A stretch of 64,000 bases of DNA from Zootoca vivipara (Eukaryota). The notes beneath the pieces are model-generated. The model had not been told where the DNA came from and searched no databases. It saw only the letters and a list, made by a program, of their open reading frames with translations. A program made the translations under genes and the position numbers. Positions 63,520-64,000 of this stretch are shown one piece after another. Position 1 is the stretch's first letter. Each line of letters starts with the position of its first letter. The stretch spans positions 30,132,001 through 30,196,000 of the forward strand of contig NC_083289.1 of the NCBI RefSeq assembly GCF_963506605.1, read 5' to 3'.

Positions 63520-64000
63520 CTGCCTTGTATCATTTACCAACATGTGGCTAAGAAATAAAGTTTTAAAAACAAGAGCAAAAAAGAAATTAATCATGGAAGA
63601 AACAGAAATATTTGTCCTGAAAGAAATCCCACCCAGACTGGTTCATAAAAGGAAAAAATACCTATTTCTAGCAAAACCATTAAAGGCGAAAAGGATACCC
63701 TTCAAGTGGGAATACCCACAAGGAATAGCGTTCTCTTTCAAAGGAAGATGGAGAAGATTCGACACACCAGAGGCGGCAGACAGATTTTATAGAACATACG
63801 CACAAGAACTGGGAGGGGATAAATCAAGGATAGCTAGAGATCAGACCCGGGGAAAAGAAGAAGAACTAGAAAATTCCAGTAGAGAAGAGCTGGAGGCGGC
63901 CGGGGAAGAAGAAGTGGAGGAAGAAGATGGGGAAGGAGTAGAAGAGGGGCAACTAGAAGAATGATTGAAAATGTAAATATATAGATTATTTTTATTATTG
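63520..64000 (+). mobile_element. LINE-1 fragment: ORF1p C-terminal part and start of the inter-ORF spacer
   Basis: IFVLKEIP...KRKKY..L...LKAKRIPFKWEYPQGIAFSFKG..RRFDTPEAADRF resembles the L1 ORF1p C-terminal domain; A-rich sense strand. Confidence 0.7.

Noticed and set aside
63542-63964. 140-aa ORF as a host gene
   Set aside because: Resembles a truncated LINE-1 ORF1p C-terminus next to other repeats; no evidence of domestication.

Overview
Vertebrate genomic DNA, most likely a lacertid lizard (inferred from several Sauria/POM-type SINEs plus squamate-type CR1, L2, L1, Penelope, hAT and TcMar elements). The window holds five complete multi-exon genes whose exons I rebuilt by hand with consistent splice phases. 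ZDHHC4 (+, 6 coding exons, 339 aa) lies tail-to-tail with E4F1 (-, 14 exons, ~779 aa). E4F1 shares a ~530-bp CCAAT-rich bidirectional promoter with PGP (+, 2 exons, 307 aa). BRICD5 (+, 6 exons, ~226 aa) converges on MLST8 (-, 8 coding exons, 326 aa, with a U12-type intron). A further CpG island near 56.1-56.6 kb probably starts an unidentified gene. I see no clearly new multi-gene system. The most interesting details are: a Tc2-like MITE inserted inside an E4F1 5' splice site, a probable GC-AG intron in E4F1, a Penelope-derived hammerhead ribozyme with one core mutation, Tc2-like MITEs carrying different GC-rich minisatellites, hAT MITEs carrying a ZNF143/THAP11-like motif near promoters, a Helitron-like insertion, and probable BRICD5/MLST8 3' overlap.
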